NCBI RefSeq assembly: GCF_009914755.1
Contig: NC_060934.1
Strand: one strand, 5' to 3'
DNA: 64,000 bases
Source of the DNA: the human T2T-CHM13v2.0 reference genome, Homo sapiens
The notes beneath the pieces were generated by a model. The model saw nothing but the letters and a program-made list of their open reading frames with translations. It was not told the origin of the DNA and did no database searches. This document shows positions 1 to 14,689 of the stretch, one piece after another; position 1 is the first letter of the stretch, and every line of letters begins with the position of its first letter. The position numbers were made by a program, and so were the translations under genes.

Positions 1-254
1 CTATATCCCATGTTGGGTCTACAGGGTCCATTTTTCCTGAAAAGTGGCATGTCTATTTACATACATATGTTCAAATCCTCTTTAATTTCAGGAAAGTTTT
101 CTTATAGTTTTAAATATTCACCCCCCAAAACCCTCCTTTCACTCTGCTATACTGTATTTCACATTTATATGATAATTCATTGGCAGACTATAACATTTGG
201 AAGTGTATATTTTATATGAGGCTTTGCCTGAGCTAGTTTACATGTTATTATAAG

Positions 255-370
255 AACAAATGCTACCTACTTACAACCCCATGTGATAGGCATTAATATT
301 CCCATTTTACAGATGGTGATCAAGTCTCAGAGCTGGTAGGTGTCAGAACTGAGGCTTATGCCCCAGAGAA
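255..370 (-). mobile_element. MIR SINE fragment
   Basis: MIR core reverse complement: ttacaaccccatgtgataggcattaatattcccattttacagatg...agctggtaggtgtcagaactgagg. Confidence 0.6.
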
Positions 371-2737
371 AGATAGGCTTTTTCCACAAACCATTATTTT
401 CCAGTGTATCATCAAGAACAAAAGGTACACATACACAGATTGCATGATTACATAGAGAAAAATATATTCATTTTTAGATGCTCAATTTTCTGAATACAAG
501 GCAACATGAAAGAATTTTTTAAACGGCAAATATAAGCAGGGGTTTTTTGTTGTTGGCCAGCTGGTTATTTCCTTAATTTTGGACCACACAGAACATCTGT
601 TTAAGATTTTAAAAATTCCCATTCAGAGAGGAAAAACGCTGTGGAAACTGATTTCTTAACTATAGAACTAGACCTTCCTGGCAAATCACAAATATAATAC
701 ACTTTTATTTGAATGAACAAAGCTCTCCCAGGTGACGTATTTGTTGAACTTTTGTCATAACTTACTTTAAAAATGAAAGATGCAACAAGATAAAGTTCTA
801 GGTATATCTGAGTCAGAAAAAAAAAAATATTCACACTTATGTAGTCCTGTCTCCCTATTCCACAGATGAGAAAAACCAAGACAGAGAAAACTGGAGGCAA
901 GAGTCCAAGGTTCTGGAAGAGATGGTTAGATTAGGACCTGGAGATTCTTTCAGCATTGGAAACAGTCCTTAGTATGAGGAGAGAAAGAGATTAAGAGGAG
1001 GAATCAACTGAACAATATGCCTCTCAGATATACTCAAGTGAATACATTGCCCCTAGATTTTTTTTACTAAAACATAGTGCAATCAAAAGTCAAAATATCA
1101 TATTAGTTAATAAAAAATTGTTTTGATATATGCAGTAAAAGGGAATTGAAACCATTATTTCCAAATTGATAGTGTCATATAAATTCACCCACATGTGAGT
1201 CCAACATATTTTGACAAACTCCCTTCCTGGTCTTGCACTTTGCTTTACGTTTGTTCCAACAGGAGTTGATGTTTTAGGTATACATGCCAAAAGGTAATAT
1301 GAAACAGGAGTGGGGATAATTATGGTTTACCTCGGCATGTTGAAAAGCAAGGAGAGGCCAAATATTATATGCAGACCCATGAATCAGAGTAGATACGAAG
1401 CATATACAATATATTGAAGTGTGTCTTGAACACCTATTTATTGGCAGAGGTGAAATGCAATAAAAACTTTCTCAAAACCATCAAAAACATTCAAAAACAT
1501 TAAGTTTGAATTTGACCCACAGAGATTGATCACAATTGAGGAATCTTACCTCCAAGGAGAAATTGTTCAATTGATCCAAGGGGAATTCAATATAATTTGA
1601 AACTATTCTCACCTTACAAGATTGTCTTCTTAAATTAATTTTGACCTTCAAGAAAATGAATAGAGAAATAACTCATTGTATCACCTGCCAAACATTTGTG
1701 ATGTTCATTGCTTTAATAATAAATTGTTAGTGCCATAAAGACTTCTATTTTGACCTCTTGTATAGAGGCTAGCAGTGGATATCTGGCTAAGCCATCTTGC
1801 TTGTTTCACTGATGGGTGTCCTAGTGATTGGCTCACGTATCCCAGTGTCTCTTGATCAGTAGGGGGCAACGTGATATAACACACATCCAGACAGAATAAA
1901 CCATATTGTGTCAGCATTCTTCAGAGCATTAGAAGGCCTGGACAAAATTAGGTGTTTATAAGAAAAAAGTGAGATTCCTTAAGAAAGTTAAAACCCACTA
2001 ATAGAATGAGATTACAGCTTATAGGTCTAACATTGTCAAACTTAAATATGTGACATACTTCTTTTATTGACTTCCTATATATTCTCAGAGGAAATAGTTC
2101 CTCTTTGGTCTGATATTATCTCACCTAATATTAGGTAGCACCCACTATTAATAAAAGAAGAAAGAAGGGGCTGAGGCCAAGAGACTCTGGCTTGGCGTTT
2201 CCCTTCCACCATTGGTATCTTCTCCCTCACTCCCCAAGGCATAAGATTCCATGGAAATCTAGAATTGGTTTCATTAACCTCTGAATTTTACTCTTGTTCA
2301 TATAATATTTTATACATTAATTTATATTTTGTAATTATATCCACTTTAGCATGAGTCCTTTCTAATTCAAATATTCTCTTCCTGTATTTCTAATCATCTC
2401 TGGCTGCCTCCATTCCAACTAGGTAGGATACTTCTTGAAATGTCTGCACTGTGATATTTTCTATATTCTTAGTATGCCTGTGATGAAACAAATTTGAAAG
2501 CAAATTTCTTGGAAATAGTAATTTGCTTTTCTAGTATGCAGTATTCACAGAAGGTTGTAGACTTCTCTTTCAAGCAAGATGTATGCATGCTACTTTCTCT
2601 CTAGGTTTGTAATTATATTGTGTTGTAAATATGTCAATATAGTATCATATTGCCAATAAGATATATTAGCATTACCTACTTCAAAAATAGAAAATTAGAT
2701 GGATGTTTCAAATTTTTGTGAAGGGAGTGTTGAAAAC

Positions 2738-3041
2738 TTTTTTTTTTTTTTTTTTTTTTTTGAGACAGGATCTTGCTCTGTCACCCAGGCTGGAGTACAG
2801 TGGCATGATCATAGCTCACTGTAATGCTGAATTCCTGAGGTCAAGCAATCTTCCTATCTCAGCCTCCTGTGTAGCTAGAACTACAGGCATGTGCCAACAT
2901 CCCTACTAATTTTTATTTTCTGCAGAGGTGGGGACCTTTCTGTGTTGCCCAGGCTGGTCTCAAACCCCTGGCCTGAAGCAATCCTCCCACCTTGGCCTCT
3001 CAAAGAATTAGGATTACAGGTGTGAGTCACTGTGACCACCC
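2738..3041 (-). mobile_element. Alu, AluJ-type, full length
   Basis: Poly(T) then gagacaggatcttgctctgtcacccaggctggag...ggattacaggtgtgagtcac; J-type atagctcact; TSD tgaaaacttttt at 2731 and 3042. Confidence 0.95.
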
Positions 3042-5042
3042 TGAAAACTTTTTCACTGTGAAGTTATTTTTCAGTATGAGTAACATACCGAAACAACAAT
3101 GAGCTGTTGTTCCTGTTGTAAGAACAGAAAAGGATATGAATTCAAACCTGTTATTATGCAAAAGAAGGGAATAATACTGTTTAAAAGTAGAAGATACATT
3201 AAAATATCTCTATCCCTAATTTCCTGTTCTCAAAGATATCCATTAAGTAGTCATTTACTTACCTCTCACTCTATTTACTCCTTAGACAGGCTGCATGGAG
3301 ATTGTAGCATGAATGCAGATATTGGAAATTTACTGGATGTATGATCAGACAAACCAATTGAAGTGGAGAAGAGAACCAATCAGCCAAATCATTACAGAAG
3401 TTGCACCACTGCCTGAAATATCTTGACTGATTCTATATAAGTTGAATTTTTGCCGAATAAATTCTGAAAATAATTACAAGCTTCCTTTTGATTTGAATGT
3501 TACACATCAAGTTCTAGTAAGAGCTAATTTTACATCATTGACAGATAACAAAATAGAAGGAACAAAGTGCCCTTTGAGTTAAGGGCACTCCAATGTCCCG
3601 GAATTTAACCTTTTTGTCAGATCAATAAGGTTTAGTGCAACTAGCCAGACACCTGTCCCTCAGCCTCTCAGTCTAGGAGCAGCTTCTTTCTTTCTTTGGG
3701 CTGGGCTTATTCAAGTTAGTGAAGCCAGTCTGGTTTCTTTTAAATCATATCCCCTGCCCCTGCTCATCTGCAGTGAAGGCTGCTGGCTTCATATTTCCAT
3801 TCTTTGCTTTTATTCTGAGCAGCAATAACTGGACTAGCTAATGTACAGCTTCCTGATAGTTAACCATTCCTCCTAGAAGCTAATCTTTAGAGGGAAAAAT
3901 CTTTATGCGATTTAATGCAATTTGGGAAAAATGAGCATATTTCCTGAGATCTCTGAGGAGATGCTGTCTTACAATGAGGCAAGAAACTTGAACCAATTAT
4001 CTGAGGCATACACACAACTGTCAGGAAACAGTAGTTGATGTGCTATTAGTTGCTCTTCTCATACTCCCAGTTGTATAGCTGTGGTTTTTGTCAGCATCTT
4101 GGGGAAGAAAAGGGATATTTAGGTGATGATAAATCAATGCAAACTTAATAAGCCTAGTGTTAATCTATCCCTACAATTGTCTCAAAGTATTTTAAAATAT
4201 CTGGTACAATTAATTTATTCTTTAGCATTGCAGGAAAGATGTTTGTTGGCTTTCTTTTATATTTATTCTATTAATTGGGGTAACAGGCTATCTAAAATAA
4301 AATAAGCCAGATTTTGAATTATTCACACTTTTAGGTACATTTTTAGTCAAAATGTTGCCTTTCTGCATATAAGGCTTTGGTAACTACTAATTCTCATTAT
4401 GCAGGAGGCATTTTCCTGTCTCAAATGTCAAAACAAGAGATTATGGCCACTATAAAACCTGCACACATAGTCCAGATTTCAATTATCTGTGGATGACTCA
4501 ACACATTATACATGGTGTGTATGGCCCAGGATGCTTGTCCTCATAATTTAACAGTTTCAACCAATTATCCAACACATTCTCTGTCATGCTGCAAAGTGTC
4601 TAACTACGCAATGACAATGCAGCCTTAAGGATGCGCCAGGTGACTGCAATATATGTTAAAGGCCACAATGAAGTCATAAGAATTTAGAAGTGTGTTCACT
4701 TATGGCGACTGTAATTCCAAGACTTTGACTTGAGAAAACCTCCTGAAAATGCCTGTGAGTAAAAAATTTCTCCTGATCACTAGAGCTATAAATAATAGGT
4801 GGAAATATCCAGGTCTAGACTCACAGCTCTTAGAGTGCTCAAAGGAGAATACATTCCCATGAGCTCATGCATTCATTCATTCAATGAGCATTTCAGCTTT
4901 TGCTATGTATCAGCTACTACTTGGTACATACTAATTGGTTCTGAAAATCTCAAAGCTTAATTTACAAGTTGATTCCAGTAAGAGGTTAAAAACCTGGCCT
5001 TCTTCAGAATAGAAAATGTCTGAGACCTTTATTAAAGAAAAT

Positions 5043-5088
5043 GCATACACACATACACATACACATACATACATGTGCATACACATAC
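5043..5088. repeat. (CA/CATA)n low-complexity microsatellite
   Basis: gcatacacacatacacatacacatacatacatgtgcatacacatac. Confidence 0.8.
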
Positions 5089-6769
5089 CCAAGTTTGTTG
5101 TGGAGTGGGTAGGTATGAAGATGTCTTATGACCACGTAATAATGTCACATGTAGCTTCAAAGATATACCTAGCTGTGAAAATCTGTTTTTGTGAGATTTT
5201 TTTCACTCTTAGATAGATAAGTCCGAAGAGGCACTTTAGAAATATAAAATGTTTTCCATTCAAGATGTGTCTCAACAAAATTTATGTCTCTATTGTCAGG
5301 ATGCTTTTAAGTATATTTATGGGCCTGTGAGCTAGGGAGATGACCCATGGGATAGTATTTGGAAATGTTTATTTCTCTTTCACCTCAAAATAGATAGCTA
5401 GAAGGACCCCTTGCTGACTTCTGGCCAGAACATCAGATGCATGGCTGCCCACTGCAGAGCTCGAAGACAGCAGGAAGTGGTATCATCTTTCTAAAATAAG
5501 AGTATCACTTTAGGTACCCAAAAGGAGACTTAAGAGTTGACTGTAAGTGGTGGGAGCCTAGGGAGGTGGATATTGTCAATCCTGAAAGGAAAGGAATGGC
5601 CCCCAAATATCCTCTTAATTTTTCTACTGTTATAACGTTGGATTTTTCAATGATACGATTCAAATGTCCTCTTTATGTTCATGCATCATTATCTAATTTT
5701 ACATTCTACTTCAAGAAGTTCACTTAAGTCACCTCAGAAAAGACTTTTAAAAAATAAGTTCCAAATGATCTAAGACAGCTCCCTTCTGTCCTTTTGACCT
5801 CTGTTGTGCTTATGCCAACCTTCACATTCCTAATTGCTGGATTTCTGAACAAATCTCTGTGACTATCAAATCAGCATTTGCACCTTGATGTTTCCCATTA
5901 TCATTTCAGTGTGGCTAGTAAAACTCCTCACTCTTCTTACTCACAGTGACTTCAGGCCAAAATCATGATTTGTGGGCAAACACCATAGATAGGGCCCACT
6001 GGATCTCCCTCATAGAGACAATAAGAAAGGCAGCCTCACTCGGCTGCTTCCACCCAAGAGAGTTTCTACTTCCCAGAGAGCAAAAACTGCTCCAGCCATA
6101 AAAATGTGAATGAAGAAGTTGAATATTCCTTCAGCCAACAGTTATACATAACCACGAATTGTCGAAATGCATTATTTTAATGAATAAAGGTAGATTTTAA
6201 AAGCAAAGCAAAAAGTATCATTCTCTCTTTGTAGAAGTGTTTCTTTGGTTATTTAGTTTTTTTCCTTCACCTCCCCAAACCTTCTCCACTGTAAGAAGCC
6301 TGCCATAGAAGCATAAATGTTAGAGTAATACATCTGGCTGCAAATTCTTCCAGGAAATAAAAGATAAATTTGCCATCAGGACAAAGAAAGAAAGGGAACT
6401 GGATTCAGAGTCATCAAGCACCAGAGAACAAGTCTTCGTAGCTCCGCCCTCTACTTGATTTCATTACCTCCCTAATGGGAATTTGAATGACAGAGCAAGG
6501 GAGTAACCATTTAGGTATCTGGCATTGATAACGAATAAACTTACGGGAGAGGGAGTTGCATGCTCACATTTAAAAAGCTCCTGACAAAAAATATGACTTT
6601 TTTACATTTTAAGAGATAAAAAAATGTATAAGCAAATACTTTACTATTTGTCTTGAACATTAAATCATCACAGTATAAAAGCACATAATGTGTTTGCTAT
6701 ACTAGCAACACGCATGTTAAAAACAAACTTTCTAAAAGTCATTTAGATTTGCACAGCTGACAAGAAGGC

Positions 6770-6980
6770 TGTCTTCTGGATCCAGAATCTCCTCCACCAC
6801 TTATTAAATATTTGACCTTGAGCCAGGTAATAACACCCTAAGTCTCAGTTTCCCCATTTGTAGGATGGAAATAATGATAGTGCCCTATCACGGAATTGTT
6901 TTATGTATTATATGTATCTGGAAAACAAAATCCTTAGCAGAATGCCTAACACAAAATAAGTTTTCAAACATTAGTTCTAT
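6770..6980 (+). mobile_element. MIR SINE
   Basis: tttgaccttgagccagg...ctcagtttccccatttgtaggatggaaataatgatagtgcc...cttagcagaatgcctaacaca match the MIR core and 3' part. Confidence 0.8.
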
Positions 6981-7434
6981 ATGAAATAGCAAATTGAGAC
7001 AAAGCAGCCTGGGGGTGGAAGGATTGAGGAAAAATAGTCCCACTTTATTGAGACAAACACCAAATATTTAAAATCTGGGTCAAAATCAACTAAGAATGGA
7101 TATAATACAACTTTTAAAAACTCACTCCAAAGAAGTATGGACTAAAAGTATATTGAGGAAATGTGTCAAGATGACAAATTTATGCAGTAGAAATATATAA
7201 TAGGCTATTAGAGAAAAACCAAGATGCTTTAAGGCCTATTTATTTCATGCGAATGTTAAGAAAAAATATAATACAACCTTCTCTCAAACTCTTCTCCAGC
7301 ACTATCGTCAGAGACAAATAGTTCATTTAATGCACAAAAGCAACTTTTGTGTCCATAGATGAAATTAGCATAAGGCAAAGAGAGAGTTCTGTTGGAAAAA
7401 AAAAATGTTTTTTCAAGACAGCGCTGAGCCCAGT

Positions 7435-7690
7435 TATTTATTCATTAAGTCAACAACTATTTATTGAGTACCATCCTTGTGCAGATGTAGCAAAAAACAC
7501 AGGGGATAAAAACAGTGAACAACGTCGAGCATGGCCCAGACTCTTATGATGCTTGCATTCCAGTGCAAGAAGCTAGTCATTAATCAAACCATGATCCAAA
7601 TGGCTGTTTATTGCCAACCAAGGGAAAGTGCTATGAAGAGACAAGATATGTAGCCTGCAGTTCTGAAAGGCTTCAATGAAAAGATGGAAT
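7435..7690 (-). mobile_element. L2 LINE 3' end fragment
   Basis: ttattcattaagtcaacaactatttattgagtacc...aacagtgaacaa...gcttgcattccagtg is the L2 3' terminus, reverse complemented. Confidence 0.7.
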
Positions 7691-10345
7691 AAGTAGTCTA
7701 CGGCTGTTTGAGGGGGTTACAGATTAAGGAGTTTGTAGTTGTTTTAAGATCTTTTAAGGGAAAGGCTGGAATAAAGGAAATGAACAGGAGTCAGGATTCA
7801 ATTTGTCAATAAGCAGGTGAGATCACTTAATTCTTTAAGAACTGATTAAATTTTTTAGTTTCTGTAATTAAATATATGTCTGTATTCTCTTTTGTTAGAA
7901 AAGGTCAGCCCTCATGCCAGGGGTACCTGGGGTAGCTATTTGTGTCCTGACAAAAGAGACTCTTCTTCCATGTTTTAAAAATAAACGTTTCCACCCAGAG
8001 ACAGTAAGGAAGCTGAAAATAGCTCAAGATTAGCTCTAAGAGATCAAGCCAAGTAAAGCCTTTACCCAAGCTCCAGAAAACCCATTTCTGGAAGATAATC
8101 ATGTCCAAATAAATGTTCCTAAGGAGGACAATGTAATTTTCTCCTCTAGGGAGTAGGCACTTTTGCCTATTCATCCTTTTTTCTAATTATGAGTTTCATT
8201 GCATCTCATCAATTTGCAGGCTTATCTCCATTTGAAATGTATCTGTTTGTCAGTGCTCCAATTTAGTGTGTCTGGGATTTATCCTGCATTTGCTGACCTC
8301 TGGAAGAGAGCTGCCAGGACTAGGTCACCTCCTTTTCACTAAGCCTGTCTTACTGGAATGCCTTAACCAATGGCTCTCCTAAGCATGGAGGATGTCCTTG
8401 CTCTGGGAGGTTTCTGTTTACTTTTGGCCTTGGTGGCATTTGTCTAAGACTGGACCCCATTCTTTTAGGGCTCCTGGCTTGTTCATTTCATTATGTTCCC
8501 AAGGCTACTCCTTGGTTACGGGAAGATCTTTTGTCCCCACTGATATTTGTTTAGAGAGCTTGACAATTTATCAATTGACCTAGATAAAAGGTCTCAAAAC
8601 ATAACATCTGTTTGTTGTCCGAAGTACTACTTTTTTCAGACCTAACATGACTCTAGATCAAAATTATGAATGTACTCTCTTGGAAGTGTTAGAAGATCAT
8701 CAAAAGAAAAAAAAGAAAAAATTTACAAGGATCCATAAAGAACACTGTAGTTGACTGAGACACAAGGTAATTGGTACATGCTGGAAGGTTTAAATCCCTC
8801 AAAAGAGCTGACTTGGATTTGAAGAAGATAAAATAAAGATGTATGCATACTTTCTGGGATGTGTTCTGTAGGTAACTCCATGGCACTGCTAATGTAGATG
8901 AATGATAACCACAGTCAGGTCATTTTCAGATCATTAGCAACCTTTGGTTAACAGGCCATAGAAATTACACTCATTTGTTATTTGACAAATATTAATTGAG
9001 TACTTGCTGTGTACCAGGCACTGTTCTAGGTTCTAGAGTTAAAGCAGTGAATAAAAGTCCTCATGGAGCTTATATTCTAGTTGCGAAGGATCTGCAACAA
9101 GGTGAGCAAATATATAATGTATCAAGTTGTGTTAAGAGATAGACATAAAGGGAGGGAGGTTGGTATACACGTGCTCTTTTATGAAGTGTGGTAAGTGAAG
9201 GCCTCAATGAGAGAATATTTTAGCAGAGACATGAAGGAGATAAGGAAGCAAGCCATGCCAATACCTGGGGGAAGGGCATTCAGCTAGAAGGATCAGCACA
9301 TGCAAAGAGACTAAGTTGGGAGACAGCCTGGTGTGTGTGAGGAAGAGAATGAGTGGGAAGGAGGTAGGGAAAGAAGTCAGGTAAGAAGTTGTAGAGTCAT
9401 ATAGGACCTTCCAGGACATGGTAAGGTGTGGGCTTTTATCCTGAGTGAGGTAGGAAGCCGTTGGAGGGTGGTGAGTAGCAGAGTGGTGTCATCATATAAC
9501 TTACGCGGTTTAGGAGCTCACCCTGTACACTATGTTGAGAATATAACTATAAAGGCACAGGGGGGAAAATGAAAGAACAATTCAGAGATTACTGGAATCA
9601 CCCAGAGGTGGTAGAAGCTTACACTAGGGTAGTGGCAACAGAGGTGGTGAGACACGGCTGCATTCTGTATATTTTGTAAGAGTAGAGACAATGTGATCTG
9701 TTAATTAGTTGGCTGTAAGGCATAAGAAAAAAAATGAATCAGGATAAATCTAAACTTATGTCCAGAGTAACTAAAAAGATGGTTTTCCCTTAACTAAAAT
9801 CAAGCTATCAGGAAGGAACAGTGTGGGTGTAAAGGGATTACAAGGAGCTTGATTTTAAGCAAGTTCCTTTGAAGATCCTTGTTAGAGTTCCACAAAAAGA
9901 CATCATTAGGCTGTTAAATAGACAAGTATGCAGGCCAGGGGGAGGTCCAGCATGTAGAAATACATTTGAGAGTCTTCAATATACAGATGCAAGTAGGGTG
10001 AGATTACCTAGGAGGTGACATGAAGAGACAAGGTCCATGGACCAAGCCCTTGGTCACTTGGACTTAGAAGTACAAGGAGAAGCAACTAGTGTGGCCGAGG
10101 GAAAAGCAAGACTAAGGAGTCCCAGGTGAGATAAGGAAAATATTCAAGATGGAGGTGGTTAGTGCATGTGTAAGCATAGTTACTGATAGGGTGAGAAAAT
10201 ACTCAGAGTTGACCCTTGGGTTTAGCCATATGAAGATCATCAGAGACCTTGGTGAGAGCAGTTTTGGTGCAGTGATAAGGGCCAAAGGCAATTTCAGTAG
10301 GAATAAGTGACAATAAGAGGAGAAAACTAGAAATAAGACAGACAA

Positions 10346-11148
<803 letters not shown>

Positions 11149-12518
11149 CTAACAGCAATGAAAGTGAGAAGGTAAAACTGATGATTCAGAAGTGAGAGGG
11201 GAGAATTGCAAGAACAATGCTCTTGAGTAAGTGAGAGGACTAGGATCTATGCACAAATAGAAGAATAGAAGGGGTGGTATTTGATAGGAGCCAGGGAAAG
11301 TCTTCCATGTTCCAGGAAAATGGCTACATCGATGTGTCAGCAGGAACTTAAAACATTATCTTCTGAATGCTTATATCTTCTTACAAAATAGGAAGCAAAG
11401 TCACCAGCTAAGGGTAAGGAGGACAGAGAAGTAGTAGAGGCTTGAAGATCCAAGAAAAGACAAAACTTTTATCAAGTACAATATGGAATTGAATAGACAA
11501 GAAATTGAACAGAGTTTTCAGGTAACACTCAGGAAGGACCTGTAAACATTCATTATTATGAGTTTAAGGTGTGATCAGCCTGCATGGTTGTGTGTGTTTG
11601 CAGCCATGTTCAGGTGAACCATTGCAGGGGCAGAACAGGCTAAGAGCATAAATTAATTGGACCATGGGGCTTTGCTGTCCAAGGACAATAAGGGTTAAAA
11701 GGGATGAAGGAGTTGAGAGTTCACTCAAGAGAGTAATTATAATGATAAACCATGAAATCTAAACTGTTTAAGAAAACGAGTAAGAGGGTGATGAAGGATA
11801 GCAAAAAGCTGGGAGGATCAGCATGGATGGTTGGTCTTGTTGGGGCTGAGGAATCTTTGAAATATGGATGCTAGAGGGAGTGAACTAGAAAGCTAGCAGG
11901 TGATGGCTGGAGAATACTCAAGTTGAGACTACAGAGATGTTTTATTGACAATGGTACCTTCGAAAGTGAGCATGGCTGAGGACAGGATCATCTGGGGAGA
12001 GGAGACAAAGATTTCAAATAGCCAAAATATTGAAATCCCCATAATTTTGACAAGAACAAAATTGGAAAGTGACAATGAGTGCAGGCTTTCATCCCGAATG
12101 AGACAAGAAGCTATTGGAGGGTTCTCAGCAGAGTGGTGTCATAGTCTAACTTAGGTAGTTTAGGAGTTCACCCTGTACACTATGTTGAAAATACAACCAT
12201 AGAGGCACAAGAGGGGAAACGAAGAAAAAAATCGGAGGCTATTGAAATCACCCAGAGATGGCAGAACCTCGCAATAGGGGAGCAGCAACAGAGGTGATGA
12301 GACATGGTTGGATTCCGTGGATATCAAAATCATCATAATTTTGACAAGAACACAGTTGAAGAATGACAGTGAGTCAGGAGCTGAAATCTCTGAGAGTCAA
12401 GGGAAGTGGACTGGGGGTTGTGGGTTGGATAGTCTGAAAACATGGTGCACACACTTCATGGAATGATCCCTGCCTGCCCCTCACCATAGGCTGGAGCAGA
12501 CATGGGGTCTCAAACTCC

Positions 12519-13188
12519 TGAAAAATGAAAATTAAATCCTAAGCCCCCAAACAAGTGAATTGGCCTTCTCCTGGCCAAGGGGACCCCGGAATAACCTTGA
12601 AAGCTTAGCTGTAATTAGATGGGGGTGTCAGACACAGCTCATTATACCCCCTCCCTGGCTTACCACGATTGAGCTTTCTTCCCTAAGGACTAAAAAGAGA
12701 GCAGCTCTTTCAAAAGACTCTACTGCTGATATTAAACAACTGCCTGACATGGCCCCATCTTTTTGGCCTGATAAAGGAGCAGACCAGAGTGGTTCTGCCA
12801 GTCTACAAAGGATGCACAGTGAGGGTTTTGGCATCCTCTGATTCACCTTTTGACACCAGAGGGTAGAAAACTCCACCCTCCAATCACGCTAATGCTTTTT
12901 TGTACTTGGGACCCATGAAGGGCCATGAAGCTCCATCACACATGTGCGTATTTCTCGTTTCATAAACATTCATGACTCCTATTGCTTCATGAATATGTAT
13001 ATTTGGCCACCCTGCTCAGCATACATGCCAGTTCCCCTTGCACCTCCCTTAAAGTATCTGTTTCTGGCTTCTGGCTGCAGGCTTTGCTCCCCAGCCTGTC
13101 AGAATGGCCACCCTGCAGGCTGCAACCCCTTATGAGAAATATAGGTCTTTTCTCCAAATTTCGGAACCCTGCCATTCTTCAGCTGACA
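12519..13188 (+). mobile_element. MER39 (ERV1) solo LTR
   Basis: TG...CA termini with 4-bp TSD ctcc (12515-12518, 13189-13192); ctaagccccc...ggccaaggggacccc...gtcagacac...ttataccccctccc and gaatggccaccctgcaggctgcaacccttatgagaaata match recalled MER39 consensus. Confidence 0.85.
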
Positions 13189-13781
13189 CTCCATTGAAAG
13201 GTTTTAAGGAAGAAAGCACGATCTGGAAGTGACAAAAGGATTAAAACTCCCAAATCCAGGCCCACTGAGAAGAGGGCTGTGGGAAAGGAAATGGCCACCA
13301 CCTGAGGAGGTTGTCAGGGAGGACGCCATGATCTCAGGGCTGGGCCAGATTTCACATAGAGCAAGCAGGTAACAGTCACTGTCAGAGAGGAGGTTGCAGA
13401 TGATTGGCTGGGAGATCCAGAGGGCAGTAGAATGATGGTAGGAGCTGGGGACAGAAGCACGTGATGTGCAAGGAAATAACTTATTATTAGAGTCTGGGGA
13501 TAAGGAATTGTGTGCTGCTTGTGGGGATGGGTACAGGGTATAATGACAATAGCCTTGATGTTCTCAAGGTAGATGGTTAATATCATTCATATGTATTATT
13601 AGGAAATTCTATATACTACTGTTTGTATTATTTATATTGAGGGCAGGAGGTGAGTCTGGGCAGGAGGGGCAGAGTCTGAAGCCCACCTCCACTCCTGCCT
13701 TTGGTGACATGGGGTAGAAGAGGGGTCATCCTTGAATTCCTCACTCTCTCTCAGCTCACTCTCAACTTCAGGGGTTCTCAG

Positions 13782-14092
13782 TGGTTGTTTTCCTGCAGCC
13801 ACATTCAGCTGCACCTGTGTAGGGGTAGAAAAGGCTAAGAGCTCAAACTAACCAGACCATGGGACTTTGGCAGGCAAGGACAACGAGAGTAGAAAGGGGT
13901 GAAGGATTTACAGTTCACACAACAGGGTGGTTCTAATGACCTGCCATGAAATGTAAACTGGTTAAGACAGGAAGTAGGAGGGTGATGAAGGACACCAAAA
14001 AGGATATGATCAATGGATGGTGGGTCTTGTTGGGGTTGAGGAATCCCTGAAATCTGGATACAAGAGGGAGTGATGTGGAAAGCTAGCAGGTG
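13782..14092 (-). repeat. Diverged local copy of L2 segment 11585-11902
   Basis: Colinear similarity, e.g. aggctaagagc, ccatgaaat.taaactg.ttaaga, gagggtgatgaagga, ggtcttgttgggg.tgaggaatc, gaaagctagcaggtg. Confidence 0.85.
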
Positions 14093-14689
14093 CTAGATTT
14101 ACAGTAGAAATTGTTTCTTCTCTTGTTGGTGTCTTAACCTATCTTGACTTGGACCCAGTGCCAAAGATTTCTGTGAATATTCCAGATAATGGCCAATGCC
14201 TTAACTTTACCAGAACAAGTGTATATCTCTCAGCAGAAGAATTATTTCCAATCTCAGCTCCTGCTGCATCTACATGCGTGCCGAGATAAAATTCCAGAGT
14301 CAGGCCAAACTGGAAGCCACAGCACTGATGGAGGTCAGAGGAAATGGGCTTCGATCCTGCCTTTGTCACAAGGGGAACACCACACCTCTCCCTCAGCTTG
14401 TTTCCTGCTATTGAAAGTAAACGCTGAGCTGTGAGAATAGAATCAACATAAAAATTCTGTAATGGTACCTGTGCTTAATGTGCTATACACACTGGATAAC
14501 TTCCTTAAAAGCATGGGTAAGGAATGAAGATAATTTTAATGCTGTGCTCCACTTCAAAAGAATGTTAGAGAGTTTTGAGACCATCTCACATGGACAGGTG
14601 AGCTCTGCGGAAGAAGTCCCAAATCTTCAACCAAGGTCATTAGGAAAAGTCTGGAGCTTGGGAGAAACACTTATGAACCTAGTGATTGA

